From NCBI GenBank assembly GCA_963716725.1, contig CAVQUB010000008.1:128001-192000 (forward strand): 64,000 nucleotides of DNA, in the 5' to 3' direction. Position 1 is the first letter of the stretch. Every line of letters starts with the position of its first letter. The translations under genes and the position numbers were made by a program. This document shows positions 12,950 through 21,572 of this stretch, one piece after another. Under the pieces are notes generated by a model. That model was not told where the DNA came from and did not search any database. It saw nothing but the letters and a program-made list of their open reading frames with translations. This stretch comes from an uncultured delta proteobacterium. GTDB taxonomy: Bacteria > Myxococcota_A > Polyangia > Polyangiales > Polyangiaceae.

Positions 12950-14044
12950 TCATGCGCGCAGGATTAGGGCGTCGAAGGTGGCGGCCTGGATTTGGACGAC
13001 ACCGTTCGAAAGCGTTCGGCTGCGGTTCTGGTTTTCTCCGTGATCTGCCATGTCGACGAGCAGCTCATCGATCATGCGTTGGTAGGCGTGCATTCGGTTC
13101 AAGGTCTCTTGCAGGTTCGCGGCGTGCCGGAGCTCAGCCGCTTCCTGCTTGCCCGCATCGAGCATCTTGATGCCCTCGTTGATGTCGGCAGCGCCCTTCA
13201 AGATGCTTGCGCCCCCGGTGAGATAGCCAATCGCCGAATCTCCGCCAGCCGCTCCCGTAAGGGCCGTGGCCGCCAGGTTCATGCCCAGACGCACCCAGGG
13301 AGCTGCATCCTTCCCGCAGACTTCCTCCGCCAAATTCCATTTGCGATCGGCTTCGCACAGCATGATTGCTGCGACCGCCAGCACCGCGAGGGTGCCGCCG
13401 CTCCCAACCGCCGCCGCGATCGCGCCGGCCTTGGCCAGTAGGCCCACGACTTCCATGAAATCGGGGTTCTCGAGGCAGTTGTCCTTGAAGCTCTCGAAGA
13501 GCTCTTTCGCCTGCGATTTGGCCTCCGCCCAAGCCGCCTCGGCATCGGGGCCCTCGCTCGCGAGCGCGATGGCGAACTTCGCGTTGAACGCGGCGAGATC
13601 GGCCGAGAATGCCATCGCACCCTTGGTGAAGCCTTCGATCTTCTTCTCCAGGGACGGACTCATGGTCACGGTGGCCACCAGCTTGCCGACGACGCTGCCG
13701 ACGACGCTGCCGACCGACCCGGCGATCTTTCCGAGAAGCCCCTTTTTCTTTTTCTTCTTCTTCGCCTGCTGGGCCCGTCGGATCCCATCGGCGATCATCT
13801 TGAGGTACTTGTCGAGCTGTCCCTGCAGCTTCGTTCCAGCGCTGCGGAGCTGGAGCTCCGTGTGGCGGGTCGAGGTCTGGTTGATGCGCTCGAGGATCGC
13901 CATCATCTCCCCCAACGGGTCGGAGGGGTTCAAGGCATCGAGCGTCGGCGGCGGCAGGCCACCCGTTGGCCCCACCCCCGGCGCTGCCGTGGGGAACGGG
14001 GGGGTCGGCGTGGTGGCGCGAACGCCTGAGATGACGAGACTCAT
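12950..14044 (-). CDS. Putative T3SS major translocator (SctE/YopB/SseC-like)
   Basis: Pro-rich N-terminus, coiled coil, AKKKKKKKGLLGKI, hydrophobic GAIAAAVGSGGTLAVLAVAAIML, C-terminal coiled coil; ATGA overlap with chaperone. Confidence 0.7.
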   Translation of the reverse strand: MSLVISGVRATTPTPPFPTAAPGVGPTGGLPPPTLDALNPSDPLGEMMAILERINQTSTRHTELQLRSAGTKLQGQLDKYLKMIADGIRRAQQAKKKKKKKGLLGKIAGSVGSVVGSVVGKLVATVTMSPSLEKKIEGFTKGAMAFSADLAAFNAKFAIALASEGPDAEAAWAEAKSQAKELFESFKDNCLENPDFMEVVGLLAKAGAIAAAVGSGGTLAVLAVAAIMLCEADRKWNLAEEVCGKDAAPWVRLGMNLAATALTGAAGGDSAIGYLTGGASILKGAADINEGIKMLDAGKQEAAELRHAANLQETLNRMHAYQRMIDELLVDMADHGENQNRSRTLSNGVVQIQAATFDALILRA

Positions 14045-14442
14045 GATGCGTTCCTTTCGGCGGCGATCGCACTCAGCAGGACGGCGTCGTCCGCCAGGGA
14101 CTCGGCTTCGTCCAGCTCTTCGTCGACCTCCACGGAGTGCCCAAGGTGTCGGAGAGCCCGGGCGCGCCCGAGGTGACACCACCCTGATTCCGGCACCAGG
14201 GCACTCCCAATCAGGTAGCGCGCCGCCGCCATCGGCCAGTCTTCGCTACGCTCGCGGCTCACACCGAGCCCGATCCAAGCGCGCTCGTCGCCGGGTGCGA
14301 GCAACGCGAGCAATCCGAAGAAGCGCTCAGCAGATCTGGGGTCGTCGTTCTCGAGGGCTTCGTAGGCGCTTGCGTAGACGCGCTCTGCGAGGATCGACAG
14401 CGAAACCGGCGAACGTAGCGTGATCGGCAGTCCGGCGTGCAT
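14041..14442 (-). CDS. TPR class II translocator chaperone (SycD/LcrH-like)
   Basis: 133 aa acidic TPR protein: VYASAYEAL...AERFFGLLALLAPGDERAWIGLGVSRE...AAARY. Confidence 0.75.
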   Translation of the reverse strand: MHAGLPITLRSPVSLSILAERVYASAYEALENDDPRSAERFFGLLALLAPGDERAWIGLGVSRERSEDWPMAAARYLIGSALVPESGWCHLGRARALRHLGHSVEVDEELDEAESLADDAVLLSAIAAERNAS

Positions 14443-14445
14443 GGC

Positions 14446-15045
14446 TCACCTCCCGACGTTTGCGGCGATGGCGTCGGTGCCCTTGTTCAGGGCGGAGATG
14501 AGGTTCGTCGAGAGCTGGATCGCGGTCTGGCGTGCCGACATGGTCGACTGCAAGCCGATCATCTCGAGCTGGGCGCTCGACTCGAGCTGCTTCATCATGT
14601 TGCCGACGTACTCTCTCGAGGCTCCAACCTCGGCGGTGTAGTGGAGGCCGTCGGCGATGAACATGATCTGGCCCTTTTCGCTCAGGTCCTTCTCCAGTTG
14701 CGCGCCCAGCTTCGGGTCGTACGATTTGACCTCCTCAATCGCCGCCTTGATGTTCTTCTCGTAGTCGGCGTCGTCCTTGCCGACCTCGTGTTTCGTTCCC
14801 ACGAGCTTCTTGTTCCCTTTGTCGTCGTCCAACTTGTCCAGCTCGTTCTGGATCTTCATCAGGGCCTTGCGGACACCCTCGATGTTCTTCTGCTTCTGAA
14901 ACACACCGTTGATCTGGTCGTCGAGGCTCGAGAGGCGCGCCGAGAGGTACATCATCATTCCCTCAGCGGTGAGCGCGTTGGGGTTGGCTGACTCGAGCAG
15001 GCTGGGAGCAGTCGTGGTGGGCATGGCTGGGTTGATCTGGGGCAT
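14446..15045 (-). CDS. Putative T3SS filament/tip protein (Bsp22/EspA-like)
   Basis: C-terminus AQLEMIGLQSTMSARQTAIQLSTNLISALNKGTDAIAANV; N-terminal coiled coil RLSSLDDQI. Confidence 0.65.
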   Translation of the reverse strand: MPQINPAMPTTTAPSLLESANPNALTAEGMMMYLSARLSSLDDQINGVFQKQKNIEGVRKALMKIQNELDKLDDDKGNKKLVGTKHEVGKDDADYEKNIKAAIEEVKSYDPKLGAQLEKDLSEKGQIMFIADGLHYTAEVGASREYVGNMMKQLESSAQLEMIGLQSTMSARQTAIQLSTNLISALNKGTDAIAANVGR

Positions 15046-15073
15046 TGGGTCTTCTCCTATTGGTTGATGTGGT

Positions 15074-15298
15074 TCAGGCGCGGATTGCGCCGAGTGGCTG
15101 GGGGTTGCTCGCGGAGTGCCGAGGGAGGCAGGCTGCTTCGAGGTCGTCGAGGAGACCCGGGTCGGCGCAGACCAGTGTTCCGACGTCGAGCTCCGCGAAG
15201 GCGGCGCGCACTTGGGACCAGGTTTGGTTTTGTTCGGCCAGGGTCGCCGCGCATTCGTCGAGGGTGTTCTGGATCTCGCGAGTGAAGTCGTCCGTCAT
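15074..15298 (-). CDS. Small acidic hypothetical protein (74 aa), first gene of the translocon-like cassette
   Basis: MTDDFTREIQNTLDEC...; GGAG RBS; 28 nt gap to next gene. Confidence 0.6.
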   Translation of the reverse strand: MTDDFTREIQNTLDECAATLAEQNQTWSQVRAAFAELDVGTLVCADPGLLDDLEAACLPRHSASNPQPLGAIRA

Positions 15299-15402
15299 TG
15301 GTTTCTCCGTTCGGCACTCCCTCGGCCCGCCCACCGCCCCAGTTGCGCCGTTTTTCTCCGACTCGCCCTCCGCCTCCCTTTCCGGCTATGCTTGCCCTTC
15401 CG

Positions 15403-15888
15403 ATGCGTCGCCCGACCCTCGCCTGGGCCCTCGCCTTTGCCCTCGTCGCTGCTGGTGGCGTTGCCCTGACCGGCAGCGACGTGGAGGCGCAGCCCAAGAA
15501 GGGCCAGAAGGTCAAGAAGGTCTGGAAGAACGGCAAGCTGGTGCCGGCGGAAGAACCGCCGGACGAGGCCGCCGCCAAGGACGAGCCCAAGCTCGGCGCC
15601 AAAGACGCCAAGGAACCCAAGGCCGAGGGGGCCAAGGAGTCCAAGACGGGTGGCGACAAGCCGAAGACCACGACGGGGGCGCCGTCCGTGCTCGAGACCA
15701 AGAGCGAGGGTGACGGCGGCGTGAAGACCTACAAGTTCGGACCGGTCGAGGTCGAGGGACGCCTCAAGTCGCCTCAGGTCGTCTACTTCATGCGCCGTGT
15801 CCGCGCCGAGTTCGCGGCCGGCGCCCTCGGGCACCGCTCGTTCATGCGGGAGCTCAGTGATACCCGTCGAAGCCCTGCCGTGAAGTGA
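15403..15888 (+). CDS. Secreted GltF/CglF-like gliding-motility protein
   Basis: Signal peptide, Lys-rich linker, C-terminal YKFGPVEVEGRLKSPQVVYFMRR...F...RSFMREL; upstream of GltG-like gene. Confidence 0.6.
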   Translation: MRRPTLAWALAFALVAAGGVALTGSDVEAQPKKGQKVKKVWKNGKLVPAEEPPDEAAAKDEPKLGAKDAKEPKAEGAKESKTGGDKPKTTTGAPSVLETKSEGDGGVKTYKFGPVEVEGRLKSPQVVYFMRRVRAEFAAGALGHRSFMRELSDTRRSPAVK

Positions 15889-15891
15889 GAG

Positions 15892-17307
15892 TTGACGATG
15901 GCCCTACCTGTTGCGCTTCCGATCGTCCTTCGTACCGCCGCCGTCTGGGGCACCACCGTGATCGCCATGCGTCAGCTCGGAGGCGGTGAGTCCTTCGCCT
16001 TCGGTGACTTCAAAGAAGCGTCACTGCCCAAGCCCGACGGCAGCCCGATGCCCGACGTGCCCGTGCGCGCGGTGGGGACGGGCTGGGAACTCGACGCGCG
16101 GGGCGCGACCGGAGGCGTGGTCTTTCTGCGCGGTCGTCAAGAGAACGCCGCCGACCTTGGTCGTGGCGGCGCCCCGGTTCCGATCGTCGCTGGCGACTTC
16201 GGAGTCGTTCAATACGGCCCGACCTTCAGCGTCTTCTTCCAGTTTGCCAACGTACCGCCGCCGATTCGTGATCGGATACGCGCGGAATGGGGGCTGATCT
16301 TCGCCTTCATCTTCTCGCTGGTGGCGATCTGCGGCGGGCTCGCCATGGTCTGGGCCATCACCACACCTCCGGCCATTCCGAAGCCCCTCGAGCTGACCAG
16401 CGCGGCAGAGCTCGCGGTTCAGTTCAACTTGAAAGACGAGCCCGTCGAGCCCGAGAAGACCACCGGCAAAGATCAAGACTCGGACAAGGGTCAAGGCATC
16501 AAGGATCCCGGCGCCAAAGACAAGAAGGACATGGGCGGCGGCAAGAAGATCAAGGGCGCGGAAGGTCAGCTGGGCAAGCAAGGCCTGGCCGACAAGACCG
16601 AGCTGAAGGGCGAGATCCGCAACGGCCTTGGTGGCATGTCCGAGGTGCTCAACAGCGAGGTGGGTGACGAGGTGCGCAAGACCCTCGGCACCATCAGCTC
16701 CGTCGCCGACGCGCTCGGCGGGTTGCGCTCGGACAACATCGTGCTCGGTCGGGGCACGGGCACCGGCTTGAAGGGTTCGGGAGCGGGTGGCGGCGGTGAC
16801 GGCGAAGGCGTGCCCTTCGGTTCGGGAACGCTCGACACGGGTTGGGGTCCTGGCAAGGGTGGTGGCTTCGGATCGGGCAGCGGCGGACCAGGAGGCCGGG
16901 GTCTGGGAGGCTACGGCAAGGGCGGTAAGGGCGGCGGCGACGGCTCGGGTTCTGGCTCGGGCTCGGGACCGGGTGAAAAGAAGGTCGAAGGCAAGGACGT
17001 GCCGAAGCCGGGACAGGGGCTGACGCCGGCTCAGATCTCCCGCGTGGTGATGTCGCGCTACGGCGCGTTCCGCGCCTGTTACGAGTCCGCGGCGTCGTCG
17101 AACCCCAACATGCAAGGCAGCGTCGGCATCTCGTGGAGCATCTCCGCCGGCGGTTCGGTCGCGGGCGCGAGCGTCGGCGGCTCGTCGCTGGGCAATCCCC
17201 GCGTCGAGGGCTGCATCGTGCGTCAGTTCAGCCGGTTGAGCTTCCCCTCCGCGGACAAGCCCACGAACGCTAGCTGGACGTTCAGCTTCAAACCCAGCAA
17301 GAAGTGA
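15892..17307 (+). CDS. AgmX/PglI C-terminal (TonB-C-like) domain protein, GltG-like
   Basis: Cytoplasmic N domain, one TM helix, Gly-rich linker, ISRVV...FRACYE...NP.MQG.V...SSLGNPRVEGCI...FP. Confidence 0.85.
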   Translation: MTMALPVALPIVLRTAAVWGTTVIAMRQLGGGESFAFGDFKEASLPKPDGSPMPDVPVRAVGTGWELDARGATGGVVFLRGRQENAADLGRGGAPVPIVAGDFGVVQYGPTFSVFFQFANVPPPIRDRIRAEWGLIFAFIFSLVAICGGLAMVWAITTPPAIPKPLELTSAAELAVQFNLKDEPVEPEKTTGKDQDSDKGQGIKDPGAKDKKDMGGGKKIKGAEGQLGKQGLADKTELKGEIRNGLGGMSEVLNSEVGDEVRKTLGTISSVADALGGLRSDNIVLGRGTGTGLKGSGAGGGGDGEGVPFGSGTLDTGWGPGKGGGFGSGSGGPGGRGLGGYGKGGKGGGDGSGSGSGSGPGEKKVEGKDVPKPGQGLTPAQISRVVMSRYGAFRACYESAASSNPNMQGSVGISWSISAGGSVAGASVGGSSLGNPRVEGCIVRQFSRLSFPSADKPTNASWTFSFKPSKK

Positions 17308-17395
17308 GACGGTGCATCCGGCGTCGGGCGCGAGTTTGAGCGCTGGCACGCGCGTGGCATACTTCGAGACCAAGCTCTTCATAGGGGTCCGAAAA

Positions 17396-18322
17396 ATGCC
17401 GAAAACATCGCTCCTCGTGTCCCGTGCTCTGGGGTCACTCGCCCCCGGCCGTTGGGGGTCCTTGCCCTCGCGTGTTGCTCTCGCTGGCGTGGTGGCCCTC
17501 TTCGCCGTCGGCTGCGGTGAAGAAGAAGAACGCCGCACGCTCGAGCCCATCCAGCTCGGCATGACCAAGGGCATGGCCGCCATCTACGAGGGCGACGAGA
17601 TGAGCCTCTTCGAGGTGAAGAAGGCCGTCGCCTTCCCGATCCGAGCTCCCTCCGCCGGCGAGCAGGCCGCCCTCAACGGCAGCCCCGTCGCACCGTATCC
17701 GAGCAAGCCCTGGCTGCTGAGCAGCGACCTCAAGGTGCAGGTGAGCTGGACGCTGACGAACCTGGATGAAGAGACCCACAACGTCGAGCTGCTCATCGAT
17801 CCGTGGAACGAGTTCGGGCGCTACTGGCCGGGCATCGCCGTGACCGACGTTGAACGGAACGACCAGATGCCGAACCTCTCCGGGATCGACATCTTGATGG
17901 AGGTGCCGGGAACGAAGAGCGGTCGCCCCTCGCGAAAGCACGGGCTCTTCACCACCGAAGACATGAAAGAGCTCGGGATCGACTTCGCGACTGCGATGAA
18001 CATCCTGCTCAACGCCCCGCCACCGGATCCGACCATCGAGGCGGAAGACAACCCCACGGTGGGGCTGATCAACCACGCCTTCGCCGTCGAGAACCGGTCG
18101 TACAAGGATCTGTACATCAAGCAGTACATCCCCCAGACCATCGCGGGGCTCACCGGTTTCGACATCGGTCTTCGGACCTACGAAGAGGCCAACGTCGCCA
18201 TCGAGATCTTGGTCGAGGTGGTCGACACGGGCAGCGGCAAGGTGGTTCAGCGGGACGAGAAAGACCCAGTGATGCCCGAGCCCACGACCTTCGTCACGGC
18301 GGGCAACGGCCCCGGCTACTGA
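17396..18322 (+). CDS. Hypothetical lipoprotein
   Basis: Lipobox FAVGC; acidic globular sequence, high GC3; start uncertain. Confidence 0.7.
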   Translation: MPKTSLLVSRALGSLAPGRWGSLPSRVALAGVVALFAVGCGEEEERRTLEPIQLGMTKGMAAIYEGDEMSLFEVKKAVAFPIRAPSAGEQAALNGSPVAPYPSKPWLLSSDLKVQVSWTLTNLDEETHNVELLIDPWNEFGRYWPGIAVTDVERNDQMPNLSGIDILMEVPGTKSGRPSRKHGLFTTEDMKELGIDFATAMNILLNAPPPDPTIEAEDNPTVGLINHAFAVENRSYKDLYIKQYIPQTIAGLTGFDIGLRTYEEANVAIEILVEVVDTGSGKVVQRDEKDPVMPEPTTFVTAGNGPGY

Positions 18323-18377
18323 GGCTACTGAGCACCTCCAAAGGCTCGTTTGACACGCGGAGATGCCGTGACCGAGC

Positions 18378-20027
18378 GTGAGTTCGGTGACTGAACGATT
18401 CGACCTTGGCGCGGCCCTGCCCGCCCTGACCCGCGCCTTCGAGGCGATCGGGGCCCCGCTCGTCGTGCACGGGGACGATGGCTTTTCCGTCCAGTTCGAC
18501 GAGGAGCCCCCGGTCTCGATCTCGCGTGACGGCACCGGAGGTCACGTAGAGGCGCTGGTCGAGGCCATTCCGGAGCCCGTCTTCATCGTCGGGCTGAACG
18601 GGATCTCCTACGGCAACCCGGCGGCCGTTCGGCTCTTTGGCTACGCGCGGATCGAAGAGGCATTGGGCCAGGACCCACGGAGCATCACCCACCCCGGCGA
18701 CGTGCCCGAGCTCGAGCAACGAGTCGTCGCGATGCTGACGCATCGTCGCACCTTGCCGCCCTTCGAGTACCGGGTCTTCCGTCGGGACGGCAGCTTGATC
18801 ACCATCGAGGTCAGCTCCATCCCCGTCGACTACCAAGGGGCGCCATCGATCCTCAGCTTTGCCCGCGACGTCACCGAACGCAAGCGCACGGAGGCAGCGC
18901 TGCTGCAGGCCGACCGGCTCGCCGTGCTGGGGTTTCTCGCGGGTGGGCTCGCGCACGCGATGAACAACCCGCTGTCGTACGTGCTGCTCAACCTGGACGA
19001 AGTGGAGCGCTCACTGGTGCGGGGGCTGCCCACCGACCCGGAGCGCGAACGTGTGCTTCAGCGACTCCGCGAGGCGTATCAAGGCGCGCAGCGCATCGCG
19101 GAGGTCGTGCGCCGCATGCGAGCCTTGTCGCGGGTCGACGACGACAAGCGGAGCCCCGTCGACGTCCGCGGAGTGCTCGAGTCAGCCCTCAATCTGATGG
19201 GCAACGAGCTTCGCCACCGTGGCGAGTTCACAGTCGAGCTTGGTGAAGCGCCGCCCGTCTTGGCCAGTCGCAGCCGACTGGAGCAGGTGTTCCTGAACTT
19301 GCTTGCGCACGCCTCACAGTCGCTGCCCGAGAGCGGCGAGGGCAGAATCCTGCTGACGATGACGGGCGACGCGGCCCGGGTCGTGGTCGAAGTGCTCGAG
19401 CACACCGATGCGGTCGACCCCGGGGAGATATCAAGGATGCTCGAGCCCTTTCCCACGCCACGGGAAGGCATGCGCAGGATGTTGAGCCTGCCGCTGTGCC
19501 GCAGCATCGTCGAGGGGCTCGGTGGAGAAATGAGCGTGGCGGACCAGGCCGGCGGGTTGCGGGTGCGCCTCGTCCTCCCTACCGCAGGCGCTCGCACCAG
19601 CCCAGGTGCCCCGCTCTCGACGAGTCGGGTCGTCGGACCCTCGAAGCCAGCCCCGGTGCGGATCTTGGTCGTCGACTCAGACGTGACGGTCGGACCGGCG
19701 CTGCGTCTCATTCTGCAACCCGAACACTCCATCACCTGCATTCGCGACGCGAAGGAGGCCGTCGAGGCGCTGCTCGCGGGTGAGCACTACGACGCGGTGC
19801 TTTGTGACGCGAACTCATGCTCCGAAGCAGGGAGCTTCCTCGACGAAATCGAGACCCAACGTCCCGAGCTTCTCCCTCGCATCGCGCTCATGGTTGGTGG
19901 CGAGCCCACCGACGAGCAGCGACGACTGCTGGCGCGAGTGCTACGTCGAGTCATCGGCAGGCCCTTCGACCGCGACAAAGTGCGCGCGCTCGTGAACGAG
20001 CTTCGGAGCGAGCCGGAAGCTCACTGA
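18378..20027 (+). CDS. PAS-domain hybrid histidine kinase, degenerate ATPase and receiver motifs
   Basis: PAS/PAC (RDVTERKR), H-box AHAMNNPL, LEQVFLNLL, C-terminal receiver ILVVD...YDAVLCD. Confidence 0.88.
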   Translation: MSSVTERFDLGAALPALTRAFEAIGAPLVVHGDDGFSVQFDEEPPVSISRDGTGGHVEALVEAIPEPVFIVGLNGISYGNPAAVRLFGYARIEEALGQDPRSITHPGDVPELEQRVVAMLTHRRTLPPFEYRVFRRDGSLITIEVSSIPVDYQGAPSILSFARDVTERKRTEAALLQADRLAVLGFLAGGLAHAMNNPLSYVLLNLDEVERSLVRGLPTDPERERVLQRLREAYQGAQRIAEVVRRMRALSRVDDDKRSPVDVRGVLESALNLMGNELRHRGEFTVELGEAPPVLASRSRLEQVFLNLLAHASQSLPESGEGRILLTMTGDAARVVVEVLEHTDAVDPGEISRMLEPFPTPREGMRRMLSLPLCRSIVEGLGGEMSVADQAGGLRVRLVLPTAGARTSPGAPLSTSRVVGPSKPAPVRILVVDSDVTVGPALRLILQPEHSITCIRDAKEAVEALLAGEHYDAVLCDANSCSEAGSFLDEIETQRPELLPRIALMVGGEPTDEQRRLLARVLRRVIGRPFDRDKVRALVNELRSEPEAH

Positions 20028-21004
20028 TCCGGCGATGCCGGCTCCATCAGGAGCGAGAGCAAGGCCCGCTGGAGCTTCGACGGATCGAAGCCGATCCGAA
20101 GGCGCACCGCGGCCGAATCGACGTCGACCTTTGACTCGCTGACCGGATCGATGGCCAGGGCTGCTCGGGCTTTGGTCGCCATCTGGTCGGTCCACTTGCC
20201 GAGCTCGGAGCAAGCAGCCGGCGTCGGGCACGAGAGCAGCAAGCTCGCGCGTGGCTGAGGATCGAGGTCGATGCGAAGCGCGCCGGCACGCACCGCTCCC
20301 AGCGGGGCTTCGCTGGCCTCGTCCTGGGGCACCCACCGCGTGAGCCAGCCGGGGCGCGTGATGAAGGTCAGACTGATGGCGCCGTGTCCCGCCACGGCTT
20401 CGCGCAGCGCCGCGTGCGCCTCGTCCCCGAGCAGCGTCGGACCGCGGCCGTCCGCCGCGTCGAGCATGGCGCGGAAGTAGGCGCCTTCGCCCACCATCAC
20501 GGGTCCTCCGCTGCGCACCGCGACCTCGGCACCGTCGCGCGATCGATCGCGAACCGACGCAAAGTCACCGATTCGACTCAGGGCCGGGGTCCCTCCACGC
20601 CTTGTGATCACCTTCGCCACACAGCCGATGATGCGGTCCGCGTCGAAGTCCCCGGTTGCGACGATGCCGAGTTCGGGCTCGGCGCCTGACTCGGGCATCG
20701 CGATGGCGAGCTCTCGAATCTGCTCGGTGGGATCGAATCCACAGATCTCGCCGAGGCTGCCCAGCCCCGACAGTTCACGCCCGCCGCCGGTCAGCGCGGC
20801 GCCGAGTGCGCTCTTCCTCACCTGAGTCAGATCGATGCGCGCGAGCACTTGGGCGCCAGGCGGCAGCGCCGAGAGCGCGGGCGCGAGCCGCGTGGGCCGG
20901 CCTTCGACCTCCGCCCTGCGCGGGGTCTGGGGCCGCGTGAAGAGCCACGCGGCCGCGAGGACCGAGCCCAGCAGGATCCAGCGCTCAGGGCCCGCTGAGC
21001 TCAT
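20021..21004 (-). CDS. Hypothetical membrane-anchored protein
   Basis: 327 aa ORF, N-terminal hydrophobic helix WILLGSVLAAAWLF. Confidence 0.7.
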   Translation of the reverse strand: MSSAGPERWILLGSVLAAAWLFTRPQTPRRAEVEGRPTRLAPALSALPPGAQVLARIDLTQVRKSALGAALTGGGRELSGLGSLGEICGFDPTEQIRELAIAMPESGAEPELGIVATGDFDADRIIGCVAKVITRRGGTPALSRIGDFASVRDRSRDGAEVAVRSGGPVMVGEGAYFRAMLDAADGRGPTLLGDEAHAALREAVAGHGAISLTFITRPGWLTRWVPQDEASEAPLGAVRAGALRIDLDPQPRASLLLSCPTPAACSELGKWTDQMATKARAALAIDPVSESKVDVDSAAVRLRIGFDPSKLQRALLSLLMEPASPDQ

Positions 21005-21026
21005 GCCTCACTCGCTCGAGGCGAGC

Positions 21027-21329
21027 CTACTCCCGCGCGTCGTCGTGGCGGCGCCCGCCGTCGTGGCGGCGCCCCTCGGGCCGCGGCGGGAATACGCGGC
21101 GGTCCAGCGGCGCGCGGCGACCGACCAGCGACCGGCGCCCGTCGGGCTCTGGAAAGACCTGCTGCAGTCCATCGACGTCGCCTGCGCCAGAGCGGCGCAG
21201 CTGATCCGAGTGCTGTGCGCAGAGCGCCACGATCCGATCGCCGATCAGCACACGTCGCACGCGCGTCGTATCGGGCGCGGGGGTCGAGGTCTTCGCCATG
21301 TTCGCACAGACTTCGCAGGGGCGTTGCAT
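21027..21329 (-). CDS. Small hypothetical protein with CxxC...CxxH and Arg-rich tail
   Basis: CEVC, LCAQH, RRSLVGRRAPLDRRVFPPRPEGRR. Confidence 0.6.
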   Translation of the reverse strand: MQRPCEVCANMAKTSTPAPDTTRVRRVLIGDRIVALCAQHSDQLRRSGAGDVDGLQQVFPEPDGRRSLVGRRAPLDRRVFPPRPEGRRHDGGRRHDDARE

Positions 21330-21572
21330 CGCGCCGACGCTGACTCGGACTCGGGCCCGAGGCCAAGTTTCTGCGCCGCCGCTTATCGAAGCCTGGGCTC
21401 AAGAGCTGTCGAAAATTCGACAGCTCTTTCACTTTGTCATCGGGGAGGCACGCGCCTCCCCGCCCCACCGAAGTGAATTCGTTGGGGCCCCACCCCACGC
21501 GACGCGCTTCGCGATACCCGACGGGGTGGGCCGGCTCCGCCGGCTTGCGCTCCGCCATTCTTCGACAGACCT

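Noticed and set aside
18314..18331. GGCTACTGA tandem duplication at a stop codon (similar CAGGTGACA pair near 44125-44144)
   Set aside because: Too short to support an insertion scar; no mobile element adjacent
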